Assembly: GCA_030264375.1 (NCBI GenBank) | Contig: JASCQW010000043.1 | Span: 24,700,032-24,764,031 of the forward strand | Length of the DNA stretch: 64,000 nucleotides | Source of the DNA: Carcharhinus longimanus | Lineage: Eukaryota | Reading direction: 5' to 3' | In this document: positions 1 through 12,691 of the stretch, one piece after another | Position numbering within the stretch: position 1 is the first letter of the stretch | How the letters are laid out: the number at the start of each line of letters is the position of its first letter | Notes under the pieces: generated by a model | What the model saw: only the letters and a program-made list of their open reading frames with translations | Databases searched by the model: none | Told to the model about the DNA's origin: nothing | Position numbers and translations under genes: made by a program

Positions 1-191
1 AGCCATGATCTTATTGAATGGCGGGGCAGGCTCGAAGGGCAAGATGGCCTACTCTTGCTCCTATTTCTTATGTTCTTATGATATGGGTCAAATGTAGGCA
101 ATTGGTACTAGCTTAGAGTTTTTTCTAAAAAAAAGGGCAGCATGGACAAGTTGGGCTGAAGGGCCTGTTTCCATGCTGTAAATCTCTATGA
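1..191 (+). mobile_element. Young CR1-type LINE 3' end (1-80) abutting an older CR1 3' end
   Basis: Tail ...gctcctatttcttatgttcttatg, followed by a second CR1 tail (gggctgaagggcctgtttccatgctgta...ctatgact). Confidence 0.8.
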
Positions 192-1185
192 CTGAGGTGA
201 ACCAGACTGTTCATAACTTCAGTGTCCTATTTGACTTCGAACCTCGCTTTCAGTTTCATTTCCTCTCCAACAACAAGCCCATCTACTTCCGTGCTTATAA
301 TATCTTCTCTGGCCATGCCCTTCAGTCTCTTTGCTGCTAAAATTGCAGCTTTGTTATCTCCTCCTACCTTCTATCCTTCTGAAAATTAATTAAAATCTTC
401 AATGTTGTAACTTGTTTGCACATCACCTTTGTGCTCACTGACCTTCAATGCAACAAATTCAAAATTCTCATCCTTATGCTTTAGAATCCCTCTTTGATCT
501 TGTTGCTCCCTATCTCTATAATCTGCAATGCTTCAATCCTCCCAGAATTTTTTGTCCAATTCTGGCCTCCTATGAATTCCTGATTTCCTTTGCTTCATTT
601 TTACTGCACTAGGTTTACTGCAACAGATTTATTTGGTAGCACAAGCCAGTAGCTTTCGGAGCACTGCCCCTTCATCAGGTGAGTGGCAGTTCTGTTCACA
701 AACAGGGCATATGAAGATATAAACTCAATTTACAAAATAAAGGTTGGAAGCGTGTTTTTACAGGCAATCAAGTCTTAAAGGTGCAGACAATGTGAGTGAA
801 GAGAGGGTTAAGCGCAGGTTAAAGTGATGTGTATTGTCTCCAGCCAGGACAGTTTTGCAAGCCCAGGCAAATCGTGGGAGTTACAGATAGTGTGGCATGA
901 ACCCTAGATCCCGGTTGAGGCCGTCCTCGTGTGCGGCATCACCGCATCATTTTTACTGGCCATACCTTTAGTTCCATAAGTCTGAGGTTTTGAAGTTTTT
1001 CCTAAACCTCTGTTTTTGCATCTCTGTCCTCCATTAAGAATTCTTTAAAAACTAGCTCTTGGTTCAAGCTTTGAATTGTTTGCCCAAAAGTCCCTTTGGC
1101 TTGGTGTAAACTTTGATCTAATTGTGCTCTTGTGGAGCTCCTTGGGATGTTTTTATTATGTAACGATATCTGCAAATATATCTTA
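192..1185 (+). mobile_element. Decayed L2-like LINE 3' region, split by a Penelope-like insertion
   Basis: Pyrimidine-rich L2-type sequence (aaattcaaaattctcatcct, tctggcctcct, cttgggatgttttt) on both sides of ~620-940. Confidence 0.5.
622..938 (-). mobile_element. Penelope-like element pLTR fragment with minimal hammerhead motif
   Basis: Closely similar to 34932-35250. Minus strand 646-684 reads CAC CTGATGA AGGGGC AGT GCTCC GAAA GCTA. Confidence 0.75.
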
Positions 1186-4100
1186 TATTTAAAAGGGTTG
1201 CAGATTGCTTTAAGAATTGAAAACATGATCTGATGGTGATGTCGTTAGGGTGTTCCCACAGGTTGTTGTTTAACTTTCAGCTTGTAGCCTGCAGAGACAT
1301 CTCTTTCAATAAAACCTGTTGTTATTAGTTGAATCTACATGTGCAAACCACAACCCACAACAGCTGAGGTAGAACGTTCCAGTATCCCACAATGTTTTGT
1401 GTTGAATCCATGGTACACTGAAATGCACAAGTTAATTTATTTAAAATATATTATGTGGGTAGCTATGTTTTGTACCCTGATTGTAGATCAAAGGAAAGGT
1501 ATGTCATTTGTTAAGAAAATAATCAATAAGCATTTGGACTGACCAAAAATAACAATTAGAAGAAAGTTTAACATAAAATAAACACAGGAGTAAACACAAA
1601 AACACAGATGCCTGGAATTTATTTGTTGGTGGGGGGGATTTCATGGTCAGCCAAATTGACAAAAGTCCATGTATAAATAGAATTTCTTCGATGTTTCACT
1701 AAACATCTAACAACTGGTGGAAAGCACATTCTAAGTAAATTCTCAGTAAGAAAAAATAGAGGAAGTAAGCAGCTATGATGTCGAAAGAGCCCAGTATATT
1801 GTATTGTGATTTAGATGTATGTAATGGAAGTGCCTCTTGAGTTTGTTGAGGTGCTACTTGACCTATCTCACCCTCTCCTGACACCACAAAAAAAAACTTT
1901 TTACTCAAGTAGGTTTTGATCAGTGACACTAATTCATTTTACCATCAAAAGGATCATGGTGGAATTTAAAGTGGTCTTTTGGAACTGGAGTTGGAGGAGT
2001 GTGGAGGTCGGAGAACCAGGAGGCAAGGCAGATGCTGGAGTTCCCTTAATCTTCCACACTCTTAAATTCTCTCGACGATGGACAGAGTAGTGGATGGCAC
2101 TCCTGCCCAAAGGCTGTTACTAGTTGGCAACCTGTGGCCCAAAACCACATGCAGCCCTTGTGGGTTGAGTGTGGCCCAAGTGACATTTTGTTGACTTCTG
2201 CCATGCATGGCGCTGCTTCATTCTGCAGATTTCCATCCAATAATTGTTTTCCCATAGTATGACTGAAGTGATATTCACATAACGCAAGAGCAAGTGAAGT
2301 GAGGTACATGCTGATTTCACACAACATTGACTTAAAACCATGTATTCCGTCTACATCCAACATAAAAATTTCTTTTGTTTTTATCATTTGAAGTTGATAG
2401 CTCTGTTAATATATAAATGATTAAGCATTTTCAATAACTTATTATGAAACATTCGGTATATATTAAACTTATTTAATCTTATCCATGGGCTCCTGGTGAA
2501 TGAACAAGCCTATTTTCAATCTTGTGAGCCACTTGTGCAGCCTACTCACAAGTCTGAGTTGTCCATCCCTAAATTGTCAATCTAAGCGGCTGGTTGAGTT
2601 TTTTGACGTTCTATGGCTGATTGGTCACTCTGTGGCCCTCAGCTGTGGAAACACCCACCTGACCTTAGCAATTTCTGCCCCTCCCATTGCTTTGTCAGGC
2701 CCTGCTTACCAATGACACTGATCTCACTTATCTTGATTCTATGTTGGTTCCTTGTTGCTGTTTGGTTGGGTAGTCATATTTCCAGTGTCATGCCAAGGGA
2801 CTGAAGAACAGTTGGCCTGCTGTCAGAGCTCCTTTGATCCATTGAGTCCCTGCTGGCTCTATGCAAAGCAATCCAGTCAATCCCAGCTATAAACCTGCAA
2901 ATTTATTTCCCTCGAGTGCCCACCTAATGTACCATCTGTGAATGGGAACAGCTTTTCTTTGTCTGCCTAATATAAACTTGTTTTGGTCTTGGTCACCTTC
3001 CAAAAGATCCCCTCGGTGTCTTTTGCTTCTCCAACCTAACCCAGCAGCTAAAATTTCCCATCCCTGGAACTATTCTGATAAATCTCCTCTATCCATCTGA
3101 AGGACATCCTTCCTGAAGTGTGGTGACCAGACTGCACATAGTGTTCAAGCTGGGACTGAATAAAGCTTTACAAAAGTTCACTACAACTTTTTTGCTTTTC
3201 CAGTTGCATTATTTACATAATTTTAGATGTGTCATTGCATGTGAGAATTTCTTACACATTTTGTAACTGTGATTTGGAGTTTAAATTTTTTACTGTACCT
3301 AAATAAAATTGGGATGATATACAATTAAGAGTAATGTAGATTGTTAAAAGATTACTGGCTCGAATTTCTAAAGCTGTCAGTGATTCCTATTGAAGTAGGT
3401 TGTAATTTCTGTGATAGTATTAAAGGTGAAAACTGGCATGCACTATGTAGATTCGTGTGGGCTTGATTCTTAAATGAAGTAAAGGGGCCTACCACCATCC
3501 ATGGAAATATATTGTAGCTTGAGTCATTGGCTTCAGGAGAAGAGGGCTAAAGTATTAGTTTGGAATAGGAGAGGAGGGAGCAGCTGAGTGATGTAATCAG
3601 ACACTGGTCTTTTACTTTTGGGATTTGGATTCAAAGATTTGTCTGCTGGCTGCAGAGATGCTACGTGAAATAAGTTCAGGTAATTTTGTGGAATCGTGTA
3701 ATTGTATAGCCCAGAAGGAGATAATTCAGCCCATCGGGTCTGCACCTTTTAATTTGAAATTCAATCCAGTTATTCACAGTGGGTCCCCATAATGAAAATT
3801 TTCTCTTTTAAGCTTTTGAGGGATCTTATTGAATCTATTGTCACCATTCAATCAGGCATTTCATTTCAAACGCTAACCATTTATCCTGTTTTTTTTATAA
3901 AAAGCTTTCCTTCAAGTCACAACTCTAACTTTTCCTAATCACTTTACATTTGCAACCTCCTGTGTAAACTTTCAGACATTGAGAACCGTTTCTCTTTAGT
4001 GATCTCAGTCTTTCATGATTTTATACTCATCTATCAAATCTCTTCTGAGCCCTCATTCAGGGAGCAATCCCTACTCCTCCAGTCTTTCCATATAACTGCA

Positions 4101-4916
4101 GTTTTAATTTCTGCTGTTAAATGTATGGCCCTGATTAGGGTAGTAGGGAACATGCAAATCTCTTGAGAACTTAGTTGTTAAAGTGGTTTTAAAAACCGAC
4201 AAATATTTACTGTAGGCTGGTAGTATAATACTCAAGCTAACAAAACAACATGAATATCCCAACATTTTCTCCAGCACTCTTCTGACACTCTCCTACTTTG
4301 TTGCATGCTCTCTCTGTTCTCCTATTCACAAGTAGTCCATCAGCTGTGGTACCGTTAGTTGTGGTACTTTAGTGGTTGTATTTGTGTAATAATAGAGAAT
4401 GAAAGTTCAAGTCCTACCATGGTGTTTTGACCAGTCCTTTAAAGAATGAAACCTCCCATCTCATCCAGCTTAACCCATATATGACTCCAGTCCACATAAC
4501 ATGGTTGACTTGACTTACCCTCTGAAGTAGCATAACCAGCCATTTGTTTGTGTCAGTCTACTTCAAGAAGGCATTGCACTACCATCTTTGAACAGCTAGA
4601 GTCTGGCAATATATACTGCTTTGCCAGTGAAGTTTACTTCCAGGAATTAATTTTCTTAAAAGCCACTTCAGCCTAACTCCTTAGAATACCCTGTCTCAGT
4701 GTTGCTACCTTGTTACCTCCTTTCCTGCCATTGCTTCAACTATGTTGCCATTTCTATTTACAGTTTCCCTTTTTCCTTCCTGCTAACATTTCAGCATCTT
4801 GGAAAATGTCTTGAGATATTACGCTTTAGAAATGGCAATTACTGTAATTTTGAAGAATATGTTGTAGCGTCATTGTAAGTTAAACCTAATGATTTTTGAC
4901 CTTTTTCTTTTTGCAG

Positions 4917-5050
4917 CAATTCGCCTATCCCAGTTTCGTCAAGGGTATGTTACATTAAATATCACGATCCTGTGAGTGTTGGTGTGGCCCAGCATCTAAC
5001 AAACGTGGTTTTTATAGACAGAGGCCTGATAGTTGTACCCTTCAATGAAG
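4917..5050 (+). CDS. SREK1: SREK1 coding exon 2 (second half of RRM1)
   Basis: Acceptor ctttttctttttgcag| and donor GAAG|gtaggt. 134 bp, phase 2 to 1. Translates NSPIPVSSRVCYIKYHDPVSVGVAQHLTNVVFIDRGLIVVPFNEG, matching the SRSF11/SREK1 RRM1. Confidence 0.95.
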
Positions 5051-6660
5051 GTAGGTATTTAAGGCTTTGTTGCAAATCTATCAGCTCTCGGGCTGTTATT
5101 TTAATGTACATCCACTTTTTAGCAGAGGGAAAGAGTTTTCTAAGGATTCTTGATGGTGGACAGTGGTCTTCATTTAACACCAGTTATTCCATTGTCTGGA
5201 ATGTTTATCATTGTGTTAAGCATTGGGCCTATTTTGTGGACATTTGAATATTGCATTAAAAGCACAGCTCAAAATTCATGACAGGCAAAATTGTTCCTTG
5301 AGAAGCAATGGAATTGGAATCAAATGGATGTTAAAAATTACTCTGCAAAATTAGTAATTGATATGCTCCATTACTTTAATGAAAATGTTCATCTAGTCGT
5401 TTTAAATGGATTAACAGATAAGTTAAGAGCAGGCAGTTGAATTTCAGCCACACATATAAAGCATTAATTACTAATCTTGCATTGTGGTCCATCAATCATT
5501 TGTGCACATCAGTTGACTGTGGTTTTTATTTTGTCCTTGAAATCTAACTAGCCTATCAATTTTAGTCTTGCTAAAAGCATTTTGCAATAGTGTGTGCCTC
5601 GGCTATTGGGCTGTGTCAAATAGCACAAAGTTTGTGCAGTCTGGCATAGGAGTTATTGCTAGGTTTATCTGCAACCAATCATATTGCGACCAGAAGCTGA
5701 ATGATTAAACTAAAGTAGGTGATGTGAGGCATGACAATATATAATCTATGTATGCATGCTTTTTAATGCTTTGATGCAATATATTAAGTCAATAACATTA
5801 TGCAAGCCATTTAATACTAAAGTATTAGTTTTTAAAAAACACTAGTTATGGATATCCTGTGCTTTCACAAATATTAATACAGATTTTTATTAATTGGAAT
5901 ATGCTCAGTTTTGATGATCGTTTTTTTAAGCAAGCAAGAAAGTAACAGCGTGAAGTATACACAAAAAACATTGATCTGCTTCTTACAGCAGTACTGCAAG
6001 GGCGGTGCTTGCTGCTGACCTAACTTTATTTATTTAGTGTGTGCCTTGTCATAGAGCCAAGCAATAACTTATTAGTGGCTAGTTAGAGTTCTTTAAACCC
6101 ACCTTCAAGGTTAGCCAATGGGTACTCCTCAACAAAGTGAGCCATTGTTAGGCTTGCACCACAGTTGCAGTCTGGATGGTCTTGCCAACCTTACTGATGT
6201 TGGGTGACTTCTCAGAGGACTTAGCCAGTCCAGAAATGGTTTAGAAGGGCCCACTATCTCTGTGCAAGATTGAAGCGAGGTGGATGAGCAGTGGGGTCTA
6301 CGTTGACTGGTTTCTGGTTAATGTTTTCTCCAGTCAGTGCTCCTTAAATAAAAGCTGCCCACAGGGCCTCATAGGGTTGATTTTCTTTATTCCAGTGTGC
6401 CTTTTAATCAGGTGTAATTTTTTTGACATTCAGCCACAGTGAAATCGTCAAGCAATCTAATCAGCTAGAAAAATTGTAACAGGAAACCAAGAAGTAAAAA
6501 GCCTGAATAGCTCATTTTAAAAAATAATTTTACAGAAAGTAAAATAAATGTGACACAATGATGAAATTAGGGTAGAAAATAAAATATTACATTACTGGTA
6601 GAAAAGCTCAAATATGTCTCATTCAACAAAGCTGAATGTTTCCAATGTTTTTTTTAACAG

Positions 6661-6752
6661 CAAGAATAGTGTGCAAAAGGTTGTTGTCAAATTACCGTTT
6701 GTATTGATTGCATCTGTGAAGACTGCAACAACGCAAATTGTGGATGAACAGG
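6661..6752 (+). other. Candidate poison cassette exon A in SREK1 intron 2
   Basis: T-tract plus aacag| acceptor, in-frame TGA at 6705 when joined to exon 2, weak donor AGG|gtatta. Overlaps predicted hairpins. Confidence 0.35.
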
Positions 6753-8124
6753 GTATTATTGACAGCAACCTTTGGATTGAACAATGCAGACTCTGAGTTG
6801 CTGTCAGCTTTACACAATGCTGTAACTGTCTGTTGCTATCATACACAATATGTTACAGCATTGTTATTACTGCATATTCTGGACCAATATCTTAATTTTG
6901 GCCCAGCAAACTAAAAGATGGATTTTGAAACAAACCTTTAGATTTAATTTTTTCATTTGATTTATTCTGAGTAAATATTTTTAAAGCTAGTCAGTGGTTA
7001 TTGTATTCTTGAAAGTATTATGAAGCTGATACTGAGTTCCCTGCTGCCAGGGTTAACACACCATTGTGGCTGTGATTTTTGACATACATGAGACCCATAC
7101 TAAAGAAAATACCAACCAAGTTATTATAAAGATATAAATTTTATTTTATCCCTCAGAGTATTATGAGTTAAAAAATTAACATACTTCCATACTAACATTT
7201 TAAGTTTTAAAGCGAATAGGTCTTCCTGACTGAAGAAATGCATAAGCCAGCAGAGACAGGATTTAAGTTTACTGTCGGCAGTTTTAGTGTCCTTCCGAAA
7301 TTCAATAACTTGTTTCAACTGTTTGTCCCATACTGATCTCATTGTGTAAAACCTAAATGTAATTGAATCTGTCACAAAATTTTCCAGTAGAAAGTCCACA
7401 CCTGAACTTATAATATTTGACCTCGTTCACACATCTTTTTAAGATGAGATTCACCAGTCTGATAAACATTTTGAGATTTTGAAAGTATATTCTCTGGAGG
7501 TACTTTATACTATACATAATAATGTTGGGTAACTAATAATGTAGTGCTGTTCTACCAAAATTATTGTATGAACTGAGAAAAATGTCATGGCAGATAAAGT
7601 TTGACTTTAAAATGATTATTTGAACATTAAACAAAGCTTAATAAAGGTCTGATTCTTGCTATATTTCTTTGAAATTTGTGTTTTGGCTGTTACAAATTAA
7701 AATTTATATTTTGTGACTTTATGTGCCATTTCAATAATGATAATGGAATTTGCAATCTTGTAGGAGCAAACTAAGATTTTGCTCAGTGTACAGACATTTA
7801 AAAAAACCTGAATCTGTGCAGTATTAAGTCATGTGAGCCATTTTTTAATTCCTTTAATTTATGTTGGCACCTGCTCCATTCCAATTCCAAAAGCTGGTTT
7901 AGTATTAATGGGATTGTTAAGTACAAGTGGCTGCATTATCTCATATATAAGCCAAAACAGTGGCTGGTTCTTTTCCTGCAGGTATATCATGTTTTCAAGT
8001 AATTTGAAATATGTCCTAATTAATTTAAGATTTTTCTTTATTAACCATATTTAATGGTCGATGGAATCCCAGTACCAATATTAATTTGGTTTTGTATGTT
8101 TTCTCTGTGATGTGTGTGCATTAG

Positions 8125-8400
8125 TAGATGACTAGACTGGCGAAGGCAGACCTGTGCACTTGCCTACTGTAGGCATTGTTTGCCATGCCACTAATGCTGA
8201 CACCAAGCAAAACCTTCACGGGGGGAATAATGACTGGAGACTGCCCGTCGACATCTTCCAAGATGGATACCCTGTCTTTATTTTTTTATTTGTCCCTTGT
8301 ATACATCTTCTCTTTAAGCATTTTAACCTTTCTGTTTTTGTACTGTGTTGTTTATAAATGTTCTCTAAGATACTGTTTAATAAATTAGTTCCTGATGTGT
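8125..8400 (+). other. Candidate alternative terminal exon in SREK1 intron 2
   Basis: TAGTAG tandem acceptor (8122-8127), in-frame TAG at 8133, AATAAA at 8379, GT-rich tract from ~8395. Confidence 0.45.
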
Positions 8401-11400
8401 GTATGTGTGCATGTGTGTGCGCGCGTGTGTATGTATTGGGGAGTGGAGTTCTTTTTAGATACAGTAGTTTATAATTATATCATTTTGTTTTAAGATGATA
8501 AGATAAATTTATTCTGTTGTTACTTGATATTATGATATGATGCAAAATCTTATGCTTAAAGCCATTAGAGTTTGTTTTCAACAATTATTTGAGAGCATTT
8601 TTGGATGACACTGAAATTTCAATTGATATACAAAGTGATTCTTTGACTGGCTCCATCACGTTTTCTGTGGTTGCTACAGTAGTTTAGTAAATGATAGCTG
8701 TATGTTAATGAGAAGCATTTTTGGAAGCAATGTTATTACATTATGTAGATAGAGTGGCGGCTATAGTGAAAAAAACTGTTTTATACCACACATGACTTTA
8801 CAGACTGGCATCAGACATTTTTACTAAATGATTAAAAAACAGTGGTGTTTTAATGTGCAATATTTTAATCAAATTATGTACAGTAATTAATGCAACCTGA
8901 TTTTTCCCCTGTATTCTATGTAGTGACACTAGTACTTGTGTGCTTTTAAAAGCCTCTGGAAGTAATAATTTCTGCCACCCCCCACCATTATTAAAATAAG
9001 TTCATTGTGCGGTCCTAACAGAGCACGCATTTGATCACATGAAAGTGACCATTTTTAATTTGGTCTTCAGTGATTTCAGGTATTAATTGAATGTCAAAAC
9101 ACGTCAAAGTTTTTGGGTGTAAAAGCCAGTGATATATCCTTTTATAAAGTAATACTTTATATTGTCCTCAAATATAGCACGTGTTTGGACACACTTGTTC
9201 TGTTTGCCTGAAACTGCATTTCTATTTTTTAACCTAAGTTTTGGCATTTTTTTCCAATCTGCAGGCAATGACTGGTGTTGCTGTACAATTTGCTTGGGTG
9301 CCAATAGCTCTTTAGCTCTTTACTCAAAAGCTCATTTTTAGGTGTATGCTCTGACAACAAGCATCACTTGGTTAATAAAAGCAGAAATTACTCGAAATAT
9401 TTAGCAGGAGAGGCAACATCTGTGAAGAAAGCAACAGAGTTAATGTTTCAGATTGATAACCTTTTATTAGTATTGCCAGTTGTCTTTTGAACTATGGGAC
9501 GAAATTAACCAACAGGGCTGAATTTTATCCTCGCTCACTATCCATATGTATGATTCCAATTGAAAATGTGAACCCTAACTAATTTTCTTCACTATTTAAG
9601 GCTTATAGTCTTTCCATCCCCTTGTTCTGGCCTTTCTATGGTGAGCACAAACTGGAGATTAAACCTGGGACCTTCCAATTCTTCATGACTACCAAATTAC
9701 TTGGTGCATTTGTTCACTCAGTTGTTGCTTTTACTGATTGTTTTTAGTAAGTAGTGAAGTTAGGTTAAACTAATATTTAAAAAATTGTTTTAAACTTCTG
9801 AGCTAATAATTTCAGCAATAACCACAACGTACATTTTCAGAGATAGTCATTTAATACAAAAACTGGAGCCTAAGTATATTTGATAGTTAACTCTTCACTG
9901 AAATTCATACATGTTGTTGCTGCTCACAGTATGTCTGGAAGCTGAAGGTGACATCAATAATTTGCTGCGTTTTTTATGCAGAAATATATGGCAGGGGCTA
10001 GCTGGTCTTGTCTAGTCTGATGCATTCAGATATGGTAAAGCCTTCATGTACTACCAATGAGCTGCAACCACCCTTAGACAATTCTCTGGGCAAGAAACAA
10101 TAAACTTGGACAAATCTGTGGAAAATTCTTCCCAGGCCTCCAAAAGCATAAGGGTTGTTATAGGTAACTGGTATCTAAGTAAATCTTAAAACATATTCTG
10201 AAGATCTTACTATCACTACTGTTGAGTCATGACAAGCTTGTTGTTGACGTCTTTGATCTTCAGCACTGAGGAACAAAAACATCATGTTGTGATACTGTGA
10301 GCAACAGAACCACAGGTCTTGATATTAATTTCTATTATAAGGTGGAGCAGATTGGGTAGGGGATTAAACTGGCATGACCTAACCCTCTGTGTGTGCCCAC
10401 TGCATTTTTAAGCTGGTGGGATCCTTGACATCTGAATGTCTACTATGATGAGATGGAACACTTCAATAACCATAGACCATAAGACATAGGAGCAGAAATA
10501 GGACATTTGGCCCATCAAATCTGCTGCACCATTCAGTGAGATTATATGGTCTGATATGATAATATTTAAGTTGGACTCCAAGGATGCAGTTGGAAGCCCA
10601 ATTTAAAATTGACAGGTGCTGCATGGGTTTCCCAGTGGTCAAGGAACAGGTCAAAAAAGGGAGAAGGGCAGTACTGAAGTCACAAGATAATTGCCTTTTC
10701 AGGGCAGGGAGCATTCGTGCTTTTTTCGGCTTTTTGTTCGATCACGGCTTCTCCTTGCTGTCAACTGATCTTCGTCACCATTGTGCTGTGGACTGTTCCC
10801 AGGAGTATTTAACTGCAACCACCTGCGGCTGGCTTTCCTCCTGGCCACTGACCATGTGATCCATTTGGCTGGCTGTTGGATAGAAAACTGAGCCAAAAAA
10901 ACTATAATGCAGTCCAGCAATAACGTTCAAAAGGATACACATTTCTTCCCCTGCCAGGTTCCTTGGCCTCCCCTGCACTCTCTGTAAATATAGTAGCCAC
11001 AATATTAGCATTTTGAAAAGCCAGTCTTATTACTGGGTTTGTTGGGTTCAATAATGTATCAGAATAAGTTATAGCAGGATAGCCAATGTTTTGTAGATAA
11101 CGGAATATCAGAATAATTCTATACTAAAAAAGGATATACAAGTTTAATTTTTTTAAATCCAATAACCTCTCTGATATTCTCATTAAAACAAATTCTGTAT
11201 ATAAGAAACATAGACCAGCAGACATAGAAAAGCCATGAACCTGTTTATTAACACGTTTATCATTTAACTACATGTAGTGACACACCAAATATTGTTGCAT
11301 TATGACTTGGCACACATCTAATTAGCACCGTCTTCTCACACTTTGTTCGTTGAACCCCATTTCTCCTCTTCCCTTTTCTATAATGCTCTACTTTTGCACA

Positions 11401-12565
11401 TTATCCCTTACTTTCCAACACTTACCCATCCTACCATTTTGTCTTTACCTGCCTGCAGCTTTCTCTCATTTGATCACTCTATCCTACTTGTTCCCTCTGT
11501 CTTTCTCATTTTACTTCTTCTGCTTTACTTATTACTTGCATCTCTCTTTTTCAATGTTAATAGCAACAGTTAAGTCTTAATGACCTGAGCAGCATATGGC
11601 AGTGTGGGGTACAGGAATGGGCTTCTGCTTTGCTGCAGAAGCTTGTAAGACTAAAAGGATGTGCTTGTGGCAGTAGCAGCAGTTTTCTCACACCATCCTA
11701 CCCATACCCCTATCTTCACTCTCCTCCCTTTGGAGCATGCAAGGACCATTTGGTTGCTCAAAAGCTTTTGTTTGTTGCAGCATTTCTGGATAAAATTAAT
11801 TAGTTGTTTTATCAAAGGGTTGTGAAGCTTTTGTTTTTAACTCTTTGCATCACACCTCAAAATTGTCAGAAATATTAAGTCAAAGCCAGTTATTTCCTGG
11901 TAATCTTTCTGACCTTGATAACCTGGCTTCTATCTACAGGCAAGAGTCGAAGAATTATAAAATACCACTGATCTGCAGAAGCTTAATTCAGTATTTGCCT
12001 GTTTATACCTCTTTTCCACATAGAATAATTTAGCAGTAATCTTAAAGGGACTCCGCTCTATCTTAGCAAGTAAAAATGAAAACTGTACTCCAATCAATGC
12101 TACAGGAGATCAACTCTGAGTTACCTGGGTCAAGAAGAAAAGAAGGACAGTTAAGTAACTCATCAAAGAAGCACTTCAGCTACAGAAGGGCTGCATAAGA
12201 TTTGAGCTGTCAGCTTTCCCCACCCAACCCCATCCTGGCTTTTTAGCACAGTAACTGGTGATCAGTTAACTGTAAAATCATTTGTGCTGATGCACATATA
12301 TGCCATTGTTCCATAGGCAAAGTAAACCGATGTGAAATTTTAGAGCTGTAATTTAACATGGTATCCAGGACAAATTGAATTACATGAAACAATATAATCT
12401 CATAAATAAACAATTATGGTGTCTTGCTGCGACTGTTTAACTGGTTTTTAATTTTTTTTTAAAAAATCAGTTCTTCGATTTTGGCTATGTCATTTTATTG
12501 GGGACTAAAAAAAAAGAATTTTAAAAAATGTTCTTCTTTTCTGTATCTGATGTTCTGTGTGCTAG

Positions 12566-12691
12566 TAGTGATGCAGCCAACATGAACGGTTGTCGTGTGT
12601 AACACAACTTTCGAACACTGAGAGTGATCGCCTGGGGAAAGCGTCCATGCTTGATATCGTATGGTACATGACCAATAAGTTTCAAGTACAG
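12566..12691 (+). other. Candidate poison cassette exon just upstream of SREK1 exon 3
   Basis: Pyrimidine tract plus TAGTAG tandem acceptor, in-frame TGA at 12583, donors ATG|gtacat (12663) or CAG|gtgacc (12691). Several CpGs retained in AT-rich context. Confidence 0.5.

Noticed and set aside
6760-6875. Hairpin-hinge-hairpin as an H/ACA snoRNA
   Set aside because: The hinge (gctttac) has no ANANNA box, there is no ACA after the second hairpin, and there are no clear pseudouridylation pockets.
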